This document shows, one piece after another, positions 18,219 through 26,842 of a stretch of 64,000 nucleotides of DNA. Within the stretch, counting starts at the first letter, position 1. Each line of letters opens with the position of its first letter. The DNA is taken from positions 33,463-97,462 of IMG/VR virus record IMGVR_UViG_3300045902_000324; one strand, written 5' to 3'. The translations under genes were made by a program, and so were the position numbers. Below the pieces are notes generated by a model. The model was not told the origin of the DNA. It saw nothing but the letters and a program-made list of their open reading frames with translations, and did not search any database. Source of the stretch: a virus.

Positions 18219-19472
18219 ATGATGACACGCAGAGTTACCTTTAGGCTGTATCCATCTGAAGCGCAAACGGCAAAGCTGTTTGAGGCTCGGAGGCTTCACG
18301 CCTATCTCTATAACGCTTGCGTTGAGCATCGTAAAACGAGCTATCAGAAGTTTGGCAAGTCCATCAGCTATTTTGATCAGCAAGCCGCGCTTGTACCGTT
18401 TAAGGCTGATTGGCAGGAGTATAGAGCGCTCAATCATGGCTCATTGCAAGCCACAGTGAAGCGGGTTGATTTTGCCTTCCAGCGCTTTTTCAAAGGACTG
18501 GGTGGGTATCCCAAGTTTCAAGCGATTCGCCGTTACTCTGGCTGGACATACCCTGATGCCCGTCAAGGCTTTAAGGTGCATTCAGACGGCAAGAATGGAT
18601 ACTTGGAATTGCGGGATCTAGGGCTAAAGCTCCAGATGCGAGGGCAAGCGCGAACTTGGGGCGCTCCCACGACTTGCACAATTGTCTATCGTAACGGGCT
18701 ATGGTTTGCCAGCATCACGGTAAATTGCGAGGTTGCGCGCAAAACCGGCAATGGCGCGGTAGGAATCGATTTTGGCGTACTGACGGCTGCGGCATTGTCA
18801 AATGGAACCAAGATCGAAAACCCGCGCTTCATTGCCAAAACGCAAGCCAAGGTTCGCAAAGCAAGCAAGGCAAAGCGTCGCAAGCGCTCACCCAATCTCA
18901 AGCAAAAAGTTAAAGCGTCAAAACGATGGAGGAAAGCGTCTAAGCGGGTATCAAAGCTGCAACGCAAAGTTGCAAATCAGCGGCAGAACTGGGTACATCA
19001 AGTCTCTACACAGATAGTCAGCAGTAATAGCTTGGTAGCGACTGAAAAGTTAAACCTCAAAGGGATGACTCGCAAGGCGAGGAAAGGAAAACGCAAGGCG
19101 CAAAAGTCAGGGCTAAACCGCTCCATTCTGGATGTTGGGATGGGGATGTTGCGCGCTGCGATTGCGTATAAGTTGGCGGAAGCAGGGGGTTTCTTTGTGG
19201 AGGTGCCGACGCTCACGGTTAAGCCTTCTCAGACTTGCCCCAGTTGTGGTCATCAGGAGAAAAAACCACTTGAGCAGCGAGTGCATCATTGCCAGCAATG
19301 CGGTTATGTGGAGGATAGAGATGTGGCGGCTGCTCAAGTCATGCTCAATTGGGCACGGGGTAAGGAACTTGCCTCGTCAAACGTGGATGGGTCTGGCTCT
19401 ACTGACTGCGGAAGCATGAAGCAACTAGCCCAAACGAAGCGTCAGAAACTCCTAGCTCAGCGAAGCGGCTAG
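18219..19472 (+). CDS. tnpB: TnpB RNA-guided nuclease
   Basis: FRLYP, GIDFG, TEKLN, SQTCPSCG..CQQCG..DRDVAAA. Confidence 0.95.
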   Translation: MMTRRVTFRLYPSEAQTAKLFEARRLHAYLYNACVEHRKTSYQKFGKSISYFDQQAALVPFKADWQEYRALNHGSLQATVKRVDFAFQRFFKGLGGYPKFQAIRRYSGWTYPDARQGFKVHSDGKNGYLELRDLGLKLQMRGQARTWGAPTTCTIVYRNGLWFASITVNCEVARKTGNGAVGIDFGVLTAAALSNGTKIENPRFIAKTQAKVRKASKAKRRKRSPNLKQKVKASKRWRKASKRVSKLQRKVANQRQNWVHQVSTQIVSSNSLVATEKLNLKGMTRKARKGKRKAQKSGLNRSILDVGMGMLRAAIAYKLAEAGGFFVEVPTLTVKPSQTCPSCGHQEKKPLEQRVHHCQQCGYVEDRDVAAAQVMLNWARGKELASSNVDGSGSTDCGSMKQLAQTKRQKLLAQRSG

Positions 19473-19966
19473 GAGTAGTTCATGCCTGTCTTTATTTTAT
19501 CACTATCACCAATCGTAACTGCGATCGCCAATCCATCCCAAGCGTCGTCTGTAGGATGCATGGTAGCCAAGTCAAACCGAGCCTTCATCACGTCGCGCAT
19601 TGCTGGCTTGGGCGTGTTGCCTTTTCCAGTAATTATCTTTTTTACCTCGCCAGGAGTCACCCACAGAGGGATTGCGCCAAATTCATACAGGGCGAGTGAT
19701 ACGGCTCCGAATGCCGAAACAACCTCAAACCCGCAGCGTGTGGTGCGGAGGTCTGGTTTTTCAATGGCGATCTGGTCTGGTTTCCATGCTTCTACCAGGT
19801 TCGTCACTTCATTTCCGAGCTGTTTCAGTCGCTCGACGTAGTGATCTTTTGGAGACGTGGTGATGATGCCGTGGGCCAGGTGCTCACATGACCCGTCTTT
19901 ATTTCTTTTTACAACGCCCCAGCCGAGCGTTGCATATCCAATATCGATTCCAACGTGAATAGCCAT
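19469..19966 (-). CDS. ruvC: Holliday junction resolvase
   Basis: GIDIG..LGWGVV, IAIEK, VKKIITGKG, DDAWDGLAIA; stop codon lies inside the IS right end. Confidence 0.9.
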   Translation of the reverse strand: MAIHVGIDIGYATLGWGVVKRNKDGSCEHLAHGIITTSPKDHYVERLKQLGNEVTNLVEAWKPDQIAIEKPDLRTTRCGFEVVSAFGAVSLALYEFGAIPLWVTPGEVKKIITGKGNTPKPAMRDVMKARFDLATMHPTDDAWDGLAIAVTIGDSDKIKTGMNYS

Positions 19967-21978
19967 TATTTCTCATCCCAGGATTTGCAACAGGTTGACA
20001 CCGGATCGATGTCCATCTCATCCGGTTGAATCGAGCTAACGAACAGTGACATCGCCGCCCGCATCTGCGTCTGGACGAACGTAGCGACCTCTTTCTTAAA
20101 CTCTTCCTTACACACCACGTCAAGCTCGTCGTGTGCCATGTTTGCCATGTACGCACCCCACTCAGGGTGTGCCAGGAACCCCAGGTATAGCCCAGCCATC
20201 GACAGTTTCACCACATCCGCCTCTGTGGATGTCCAGACGAACGAAACTGCGTCTGTCGCCTTTACTGAGGGCGGATCATTGGGGCGGTAGTCCGAAATCA
20301 TTTTCTGCATCCACAACCGCCGACCGCTCAACCCTCTGTTCTCACCGTAGACAACGCCGCCGAACTCGATTTCGATCTCATTGATGTCGTCAACGATAGC
20401 GTCCTGCTCCTCACTAAGATCCGCGTATGTTTCATGCCACGCCTTGGCTGCGTCTTTTGCAGCATCATCCGCAAGCTCAAAGCCTGCGTCAGTTAGAACG
20501 GTCGCCTGTAGCGTTTTCCAGCCCTGCTTATTCAGCGACCCGTAGTAGACGGGTTTAGCAGCGTTCCGCAGCTTTCCAGCCATTCGGAAGTTCTCATGGC
20601 TCTTGTCTTTACGCCACTTGGCGATATCGTCTACCGTCCAGTGTAGTCCCTGCGACTGGGCCAGCCGTGCTGCGATAATACAGTGGTTGTCATATCCGTC
20701 CAGATATGATTTCAGAATCACCTTGTCGGCACTGACCTGCGCCGCAATTCTGCTGTGGGCCTGGCTTAGGTCAGCAATGATGAGCACATACCCATCAGGT
20801 ACTCGAAAGATCGATCGAACCTGCGACAGTCCTAGCGCCCGTATCTCTGCGGGCATTTTCATTGGATTCGGCGGGTTCTGTAGGTTCACGTTCGGGAAAT
20901 TCTGCCGCTTGGGGTCTTTATCCCCACACAGCGATCGCCCAAATCCCTTTGGTCCAAGCTGACGAAACGCACCGCGCACGGCCCCGTCAAAGTATGCCTG
21001 CTTACATCCGCGCAAATAGTCGATGTATGTGGTCATCGACCGCCACAGCGAGAGCGCTTTTAGAGCGGGAATACCCCAGTGGGGAGCCAGCCCGTCCTGG
21101 TCGCTGCTGGTCAGGTGTAGACTGTACTTCTGATTAATAGCCGAGATCAGTTGCTTCGGACTGTCTGGGTTCACATGAGGAAAATCAGATTTGAACGGCG
21201 CGATAATGCCTTCGCATTCTGCCTGGTAGCGAACTATCAAATCGTCCAGCCTCGCCTCATCGACCGGAAACCCTCGGTATTCCATCTGCACGAATGCAGG
21301 CAGAGCAAGACACTCAGCATTAGCTGGGCCTGTTAGCAGATCACGCTCCAACATTTCGGTCAAACGGCTTTCAATCGTCAGCACGTCAAGGCAATCGGCG
21401 GCTGCGTAGTTCAACTGAGAGATCCGCAAATCCCAGCCCCAATCTGACTTTTGCGCCTGCTTGTCCATTTCAATCCCGCATCGGGCGGCGATCGCTTCTA
21501 GCCCGTGTCTAACCTGAACCAGCCCAGCCCACATCACCTGGGACAGAAGCATCACGTCGCGTACGTTCTGCGCTTGAATGCCGTACTTTACGAGCAGATA
21601 GAGGAGGTCGAATTTTAGGTTTTGCCCAACTTTTTGCACCTGTGGACTTTCCACAAGCTTTTTCAGGATCGAAAAGAACCCTGCGGTTTCTAGTGTCTTT
21701 GCGATCGCCTTTTTATCATCGTTGTGTCCGCCGAGATCTGCGATTATGCACCGTCCTTCCGGCAGTCCGATTTGGATGAGTCGAATGTGCCCCTTCCAGG
21801 GATTCAGCGCATCCTGAGCATTGTCGGAGGTACTGAACGTCTCAATGTCCAGACCGAAGCGATCGGACTGCTCCCAAGCTGTCAGTGCGGCATTCCAGCC
21901 TGCGTCACCGAATCGGACGATGCGGGGGTCTATTTCTACGTCTTCGGCAAAGAACAAAGATTGCTGGTTACTGAGCAT
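19966..21978 (-). CDS. polA: Family A DNA polymerase with 3'-5' exonuclease
   Basis: Exo motifs LDIET, QNLKFD, YAAAD; NLQN, motif A ADLSQAHSR, motif B RNAAKPVYYG, motif C AHDEL. Confidence 0.93.
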   Translation of the reverse strand: MLSNQQSLFFAEDVEIDPRIVRFGDAGWNAALTAWEQSDRFGLDIETFSTSDNAQDALNPWKGHIRLIQIGLPEGRCIIADLGGHNDDKKAIAKTLETAGFFSILKKLVESPQVQKVGQNLKFDLLYLLVKYGIQAQNVRDVMLLSQVMWAGLVQVRHGLEAIAARCGIEMDKQAQKSDWGWDLRISQLNYAAADCLDVLTIESRLTEMLERDLLTGPANAECLALPAFVQMEYRGFPVDEARLDDLIVRYQAECEGIIAPFKSDFPHVNPDSPKQLISAINQKYSLHLTSSDQDGLAPHWGIPALKALSLWRSMTTYIDYLRGCKQAYFDGAVRGAFRQLGPKGFGRSLCGDKDPKRQNFPNVNLQNPPNPMKMPAEIRALGLSQVRSIFRVPDGYVLIIADLSQAHSRIAAQVSADKVILKSYLDGYDNHCIIAARLAQSQGLHWTVDDIAKWRKDKSHENFRMAGKLRNAAKPVYYGSLNKQGWKTLQATVLTDAGFELADDAAKDAAKAWHETYADLSEEQDAIVDDINEIEIEFGGVVYGENRGLSGRRLWMQKMISDYRPNDPPSVKATDAVSFVWTSTEADVVKLSMAGLYLGFLAHPEWGAYMANMAHDELDVVCKEEFKKEVATFVQTQMRAAMSLFVSSIQPDEMDIDPVSTCCKSWDEK

Positions 21979-22906
21979 CAATCTTCTCCGTAGTTGCCAG
22001 CGCCAGTGTGGACGGGTCAGTAATCCACGGCATCCAGCCGAAGATTCTCACCCAACCCAAACGGTTGATGCTTATGATATATGGGCGTTTCGAGTTCACC
22101 GCTTGAGCTGACGGGCTGGCGTGCGTCCAGATCACGGGATCTCCTAATCTCAGCAACACGCCATCTTTCCCGACGACCGAATTTGTCCACATCGGGGTCA
22201 ACTTGCGCTGATCCTCTGTGGGTACAAACGGAGCCTTGCGCCGCCTGGGTTTGCGCCGCGTAGATTTTTTGAACCCTGCGCCATGTACTGCTAGTTCGGC
22301 ACCGCTCGGTAGCGTGCCTACCTGTACGCCTGCAACACAGTTTTTCTCTACGGTGCCGTAGTAGTAATCAACACCTGAGTCACTCAGGACTACTCGGTTT
22401 TCAGGCGTGTAGGCGTCCCTGCCTACCAGAATCCACACCGGGGTGTTTCCATCTTTTCTAGCTTTAGTGGTGCGCTCTATCACATGGGTTGTGTCGATTG
22501 GCGAGTCCTGGATGATAAACAATGTTCTCGACCCGTTAGCCAGCTCCAGTAGCACGTTGTTTTTTCTATCCCTGGAGTCAAGTCCTACATTCAGTGATTT
22601 CAGTCCTACGAGGTCAGAAAACATCTCCTGTAGACACTGCTTGAAAAGCAACACAGTGTCATCTGTATCTACACAAAATCGATTGTCGCCTGCGTGCTCA
22701 AAATGCGGAATAGCGCATCCATCGCCTGTCTTCCGGTAATTCACATTCACCCATGCGTTCGCCTGAGACAGACAGTGTGGGCAGAATAGGGCATTGCTGC
22801 GGGCGAGTGACCGCATCTGGGCCCCAACCTTCAGGCTAGGCACACCTATCGCTACCTTCTTTGAGGGTGTGAACAGGATATGCTCACGAGTTACTGCTAC
22901 CAGCAT
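21968..22906 (-). CDS. CoiA-like Zn-finger/nuclease-domain protein
   Basis: LFCPHC..PHFEH..C and PVWILV pattern; catalytic PD-(D/E)xK residues not evident. Confidence 0.5.
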   Translation of the reverse strand: MLVAVTREHILFTPSKKVAIGVPSLKVGAQMRSLARSNALFCPHCLSQANAWVNVNYRKTGDGCAIPHFEHAGDNRFCVDTDDTVLLFKQCLQEMFSDLVGLKSLNVGLDSRDRKNNVLLELANGSRTLFIIQDSPIDTTHVIERTTKARKDGNTPVWILVGRDAYTPENRVVLSDSGVDYYYGTVEKNCVAGVQVGTLPSGAELAVHGAGFKKSTRRKPRRRKAPFVPTEDQRKLTPMWTNSVVGKDGVLLRLGDPVIWTHASPSAQAVNSKRPYIISINRLGWVRIFGWMPWITDPSTLALATTEKIDAQ

Positions 22907-25900
22907 ATTTTTTGAGGATCAGAGGTTCGAGTTCTAGGACTGGAGCACCCACAATGTCCGGCTGAAAGAGAATCGCGTTGAGTCCATCCTGGAACCCTAC
23001 GATTACACCTGTCATGCCGACAGATGCGGAGAAACCCGTTTCAGCAATCTCATCCAGTATTTCTTTGGCTTCGTCTAGGTGCAACGCAGAGATATCAATC
23101 GCAGCGCGATCGCCAACGGTGAAACCATAGCCGGACTCGGATGTTTGGGTGCCCGTTCCTATATCGTCTTCTGTTTGATTCTGTATGTCAATGGTTTCAT
23201 CGCACAAAGGCGATTCTTCTACGGGCGAAACGTCCTCCACAGGTTCGGGCGGTGGTGCATCGGGTGGAGCGGGAACGTCTGTAGCGTTCTGGGCAAAATA
23301 GGTCACGATGCCGCGATCATTCTCTTCAATACGCCCGCGTCCAGACTCCTGAAGCTGTTTCAAGATGCTTAACGTCAAATCACCAACGGATACACCACTC
23401 TCCTTGGCCATGCGCTGGAGCGTGGATATCTTGCGGTAAATTTCCCGCATCGTTACGCCGCCAGCAAAACTCTCTGCGTACTCCTGGATTCGGAACGCCA
23501 GCGATGTCGGTTCACCGCTCTCGTCAGCCCGTGCCTGCATTAGCAGGTTTTGGCGCAGGTAATACTTGCACAGCAAAATCGATCGCTCTAGCGTGGGAAG
23601 CTGGAGCAGCAGGTTGTCCTTAGACGGGTCAGCCGCGCACTCCATGCAGTGCAGAACCAAAGCTAAGCGGCAGACGTATGCCTTCAACTTTGCGATGAAA
23701 TTTCTGATAGCTTGCCTCTTCTCACGGAACCTGAGTTCGGCAAGGACGTTGTGGAACTGCACCAGCCTTCTATCGCTCTCATCCGTCAGCCGTACATCCT
23801 GCTGTGGAAAGGATTCCAGACCGTTGAAAATTCTATTCAATACCTCGTGTAGTGCATCCTTCTTGTCCTGCCGATTCTCTTTGTAGTCACGGTATGCGAC
23901 CTCTGATTTTGGCGCAGCAATCAAAAATCGGGCCCGCTTACCATTGTCATCGTCGGGATCTTCAAATACCTTTTTGGCTACACCGGGCTGAAGCCCACCT
24001 GCCATCGACAGACGCGGGTTATGGATGGCGAACGTGCGATCTTCGTCCATCCGGTTGACGCTGATCTGATTCGCGTCCCACAGCCCCAGCATGACCTCTA
24101 CGTCATCCCCGCCGCGAGACTTGTACTGGCCAAGACCTCGGATAATTCCGGCGAACTCGTCCTTTGCCCACAAGGTGCCCGCGTTCTTTGGTTGCTGGGA
24201 TAGCCCTTTTAGGACGGATTCAATTTGAGCGATGTCAAACTTGTAATTCCTGCGCCTCGGCGCTGTGGGCACATCCCCGTCACCGTCCCCGTCTTCACCT
24301 TTCTTACGTTTGCGAGACGTTGCCTGGGCATACTCTTCACGCGCTCTTTCATATCTCTCGTCAGCGAGTTTCTGTCTATCCTTAATCGGCTGAAGCATCG
24401 CGGATTCTGCGCGGGACTTACCGCCGCCAGACTCCTCAATGATCAAAGCCCAGATTACGGCTGGCTCTTTCCAGTGGTTGTTGTCCGTTGCACCTTCCTG
24501 CACAATCAGGTTCGTTCTGCCACCGATCATGGATGCCGCCGATGGCAATAAATACTGAAGCAGCATTACTGGGCTTATGCCCATGCGCTTTGCACGGAAA
24601 TCCATCGACTCCGCCAAGTCGCTAGGAAGCACGTCCTTTAACTCAACGTGCTGGTCTGCATACTGATACAGCTTGGCGATCTCCGAGCTGTCCACGAACA
24701 TATCGCGGTCAACCTCTCGGAGGTCGCATCGCACCCGGTACATTTGCAAAAGCGTCTGCGGGTTTCTCGCAGAGCGTTCTGCGATATCCAGGACTTCCTT
24801 AATCGCCTGTCCCTCATTCAGGTGCCGTTTTACCAGCGCGTCAATGCACTGGCTAACTTCTTCGAGCGTGTGGATGCGGCGATCGCCCCCGCCATTCCCG
24901 TTACCGCCATTTCCGTTATCCCCGCCTCCGCTGCCGTTGCTCCCACCGCTACCGTTCCCATTGCCGTTTCCTCCGGCTACTGGAGTACCGTTGCGGCTGG
25001 GCGGATCATACGGCACTGTGGACGGCGCACTTAGCGACGTTCTTATGTCCGCCGGGCACTTTTCCTGAAATAATTCTGGAACGAGGTGTTTCACTTTTTT
25101 CCACGCGGCTTCTTCGCCGCCCCCAAAGGTACAGGCAGGGCTGGCGGAGTTCCACCTAGCCGATTTAGCAATTCTCGTGGCGCGACCTGCGTCCACACCC
25201 ATCCGCTCTCCAGCCGTCACCGTCAGTACAATCGGGTCGCCCGTTGTGGGTATCCCGTTCGCGCTACACCAGTTCATCCAAGAAATCCACTCGTTGGCGG
25301 CAGCCGTTAGCGTGGCGCTGCGGTCTGACTCTGTATCGACCCCATTCAAAATGTCCTTAGACTTCTGACTACCTAGCCGTTCCAGAGCGATCGCATTTGG
25401 TGCATCGGACTGTGTGACCACTCCGTCAAACACGGCTGCTGATTTATTTTCAGAACGCCTAGCGTATAGCCCAATACTATCAAGCGTCGGTACTTCAATC
25501 AGAACCCCGAAGTTCTGAACAGTTTCGTACGCTCGTCCGCTGGGTCCCATAGTCGGGGACATGGCGCAGAAGCGTCCAACGGGCATCGCTTCGCCAATAT
25601 GCTTGCCACCTGGCTCAAACGCAAAATTTGTGAACGCGGGCTTTTCTACCACAGCGACATAGACATGCCATCCGCCGCCCTGCGTCCGCTCTAACCACGC
25701 GCTTTTCAGGACGGGATACTTCTCAAGCCACTCACCGAAAACGCGATCGCTTTCTTCCTGACTATCAAAATTCTTTGCGTCCCAGTCAATCGGGACAAAG
25801 TGCCTGCCATCCGGCAGAACAAAACCCAGCGTGCCTACACCATTCTTCGAGTTAGCAAACCAGCGCTGGACTTCTCCTGCGGTAGGCACTTTGTTCTGGT

Positions 25901-26129
25901 ACTTCGTGTGATAAAGCGGCTGCGGCACGCCCTTTGAGTCCAGCCAGCTTGGATTCTTGCCTGTGTAGCGAGGTAGCGCCTTTCCGTCCAATCCGACGAC
26001 TACCTTACCATCCTTTTTCAGCGGGTACTTCGTAGCGCTCTGTACGGGTGCAATTGGGAGAGCAGGTAGTCCAGCCGCCTGTAGCCACCTAACGGTTTCT
26101 TTTAACGCGGGTTGTTTTGTCAGAAGCAT
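22884..26129 (-). CDS. Primase-polymerase (Prim-Pol) fused to a DUF3987-type helicase
   Basis: GKNP, IDWD, RTQGGGWHVY; EESGGGKS Walker A, KDEFAG, GGLQPG, ARFL; Gly/Asn linker at ~24880-24980. Confidence 0.88.
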   Translation of the reverse strand: MLLTKQPALKETVRWLQAAGLPALPIAPVQSATKYPLKKDGKVVVGLDGKALPRYTGKNPSWLDSKGVPQPLYHTKYQNKVPTAGEVQRWFANSKNGVGTLGFVLPDGRHFVPIDWDAKNFDSQEESDRVFGEWLEKYPVLKSAWLERTQGGGWHVYVAVVEKPAFTNFAFEPGGKHIGEAMPVGRFCAMSPTMGPSGRAYETVQNFGVLIEVPTLDSIGLYARRSENKSAAVFDGVVTQSDAPNAIALERLGSQKSKDILNGVDTESDRSATLTAAANEWISWMNWCSANGIPTTGDPIVLTVTAGERMGVDAGRATRIAKSARWNSASPACTFGGGEEAAWKKVKHLVPELFQEKCPADIRTSLSAPSTVPYDPPSRNGTPVAGGNGNGNGSGGSNGSGGGDNGNGGNGNGGGDRRIHTLEEVSQCIDALVKRHLNEGQAIKEVLDIAERSARNPQTLLQMYRVRCDLREVDRDMFVDSSEIAKLYQYADQHVELKDVLPSDLAESMDFRAKRMGISPVMLLQYLLPSAASMIGGRTNLIVQEGATDNNHWKEPAVIWALIIEESGGGKSRAESAMLQPIKDRQKLADERYERAREEYAQATSRKRKKGEDGDGDGDVPTAPRRRNYKFDIAQIESVLKGLSQQPKNAGTLWAKDEFAGIIRGLGQYKSRGGDDVEVMLGLWDANQISVNRMDEDRTFAIHNPRLSMAGGLQPGVAKKVFEDPDDDNGKRARFLIAAPKSEVAYRDYKENRQDKKDALHEVLNRIFNGLESFPQQDVRLTDESDRRLVQFHNVLAELRFREKRQAIRNFIAKLKAYVCRLALVLHCMECAADPSKDNLLLQLPTLERSILLCKYYLRQNLLMQARADESGEPTSLAFRIQEYAESFAGGVTMREIYRKISTLQRMAKESGVSVGDLTLSILKQLQESGRGRIEENDRGIVTYFAQNATDVPAPPDAPPPEPVEDVSPVEESPLCDETIDIQNQTEDDIGTGTQTSESGYGFTVGDRAAIDISALHLDEAKEILDEIAETGFSASVGMTGVIVGFQDGLNAILFQPDIVGAPVLELEPLILKKYAGSSNS

Positions 26130-26214
26130 GGTATAATTTAATTATTGATTATTGTTTTTTGAGTCCCGCCCAACCAGGCGGGATTTTTTTGTCCCCCTGG
26201 CGGGACACTTTCTA

Positions 26215-26778
26215 CTAGGGTACACTCAACGGAACCTTCCGGTATGTCTTCACAGGATCACCACACTTCTTTTCCTTCCGCTGTGGAGGAAGCCTGCGGA
26301 TCACCTCAAAATCTTCTACAACAAAGCGATCGCCTTCCAACGCGCATGTGAACTGGGTGATTGTTCCAGCGATACTTTGAGGGATCTGTTCGCCTGTCAA
26401 TGTCAAGCTGAAATACTTCACACCTCCTTTCCGCTGATACAGAATCTTAACGGTGGCGCTAGATCTGCCAACGCGAGTCACCATTCCCTGCACCGTAAAC
26501 AAGTCTCTCTCGACTGGGGTGTGCCGATCTGGAGTACGAAGCGTGATCAACATCAGGGATAGCCCGTCTCGCCCCTGCCGTGGATAAGCCTTGAACTGCT
26601 GAGACTGTGTGGGAATACCGTCTCTTTCCAGCACTCGCACCAGCAGCTTGCCTAATCGGACGGGTCGCTTGTCTAGCAGCCACCCACAGCGTTCGTGTCT
26701 GGACAACACCCCGGTTACAAGTCCTGCGGCGCAGAAAAGCGAATCTCTGTCTTTTTTTGGAATTTCAAAAATCTGCAT
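26215..26778 (-). CDS. Hypothetical protein
   Basis: 187-aa ORF with its own promoter at 26809-26837. Confidence 0.65.
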   Translation of the reverse strand: MQIFEIPKKDRDSLFCAAGLVTGVLSRHERCGWLLDKRPVRLGKLLVRVLERDGIPTQSQQFKAYPRQGRDGLSLMLITLRTPDRHTPVERDLFTVQGMVTRVGRSSATVKILYQRKGGVKYFSLTLTGEQIPQSIAGTITQFTCALEGDRFVVEDFEVIRRLPPQRKEKKCGDPVKTYRKVPLSVP

Positions 26779-26808
26779 ACGGATCCGAGATCTGACTGCC
26801 TGTTCTGT

Positions 26809-26837
26809 ATCGTAACAAATGACTCAAATATAGTCAA
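26809..26837 (-). promoter_or_regulatory. sigma70-type promoter TTGACT-N17-TACGAT
   Basis: Member of the 14-copy promoter family. Confidence 0.75.
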
Positions 26838-26842
26838 TTGAA

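Larger units (their letters stand above)
17695..19483 (+). mobile_element. IS200/IS605-family element 1 (divergent tnpA/tnpB)
   Basis: Subterminal hairpins CCCTACCC..GGGTAGGG and ACTCCTAGC..GCTAGGAGT share the loop TCAGCGAAGCG; right end GTTCA(T); ends are +/-2 nt. Confidence 0.88.

Noticed and set aside
24870-24990. Low-complexity CCG/TT repeats
   Set aside because: They encode the Gly/Asn linker of the primase-helicase; the Gly-rich repeats at 3435-3640 in the TMP are similar.
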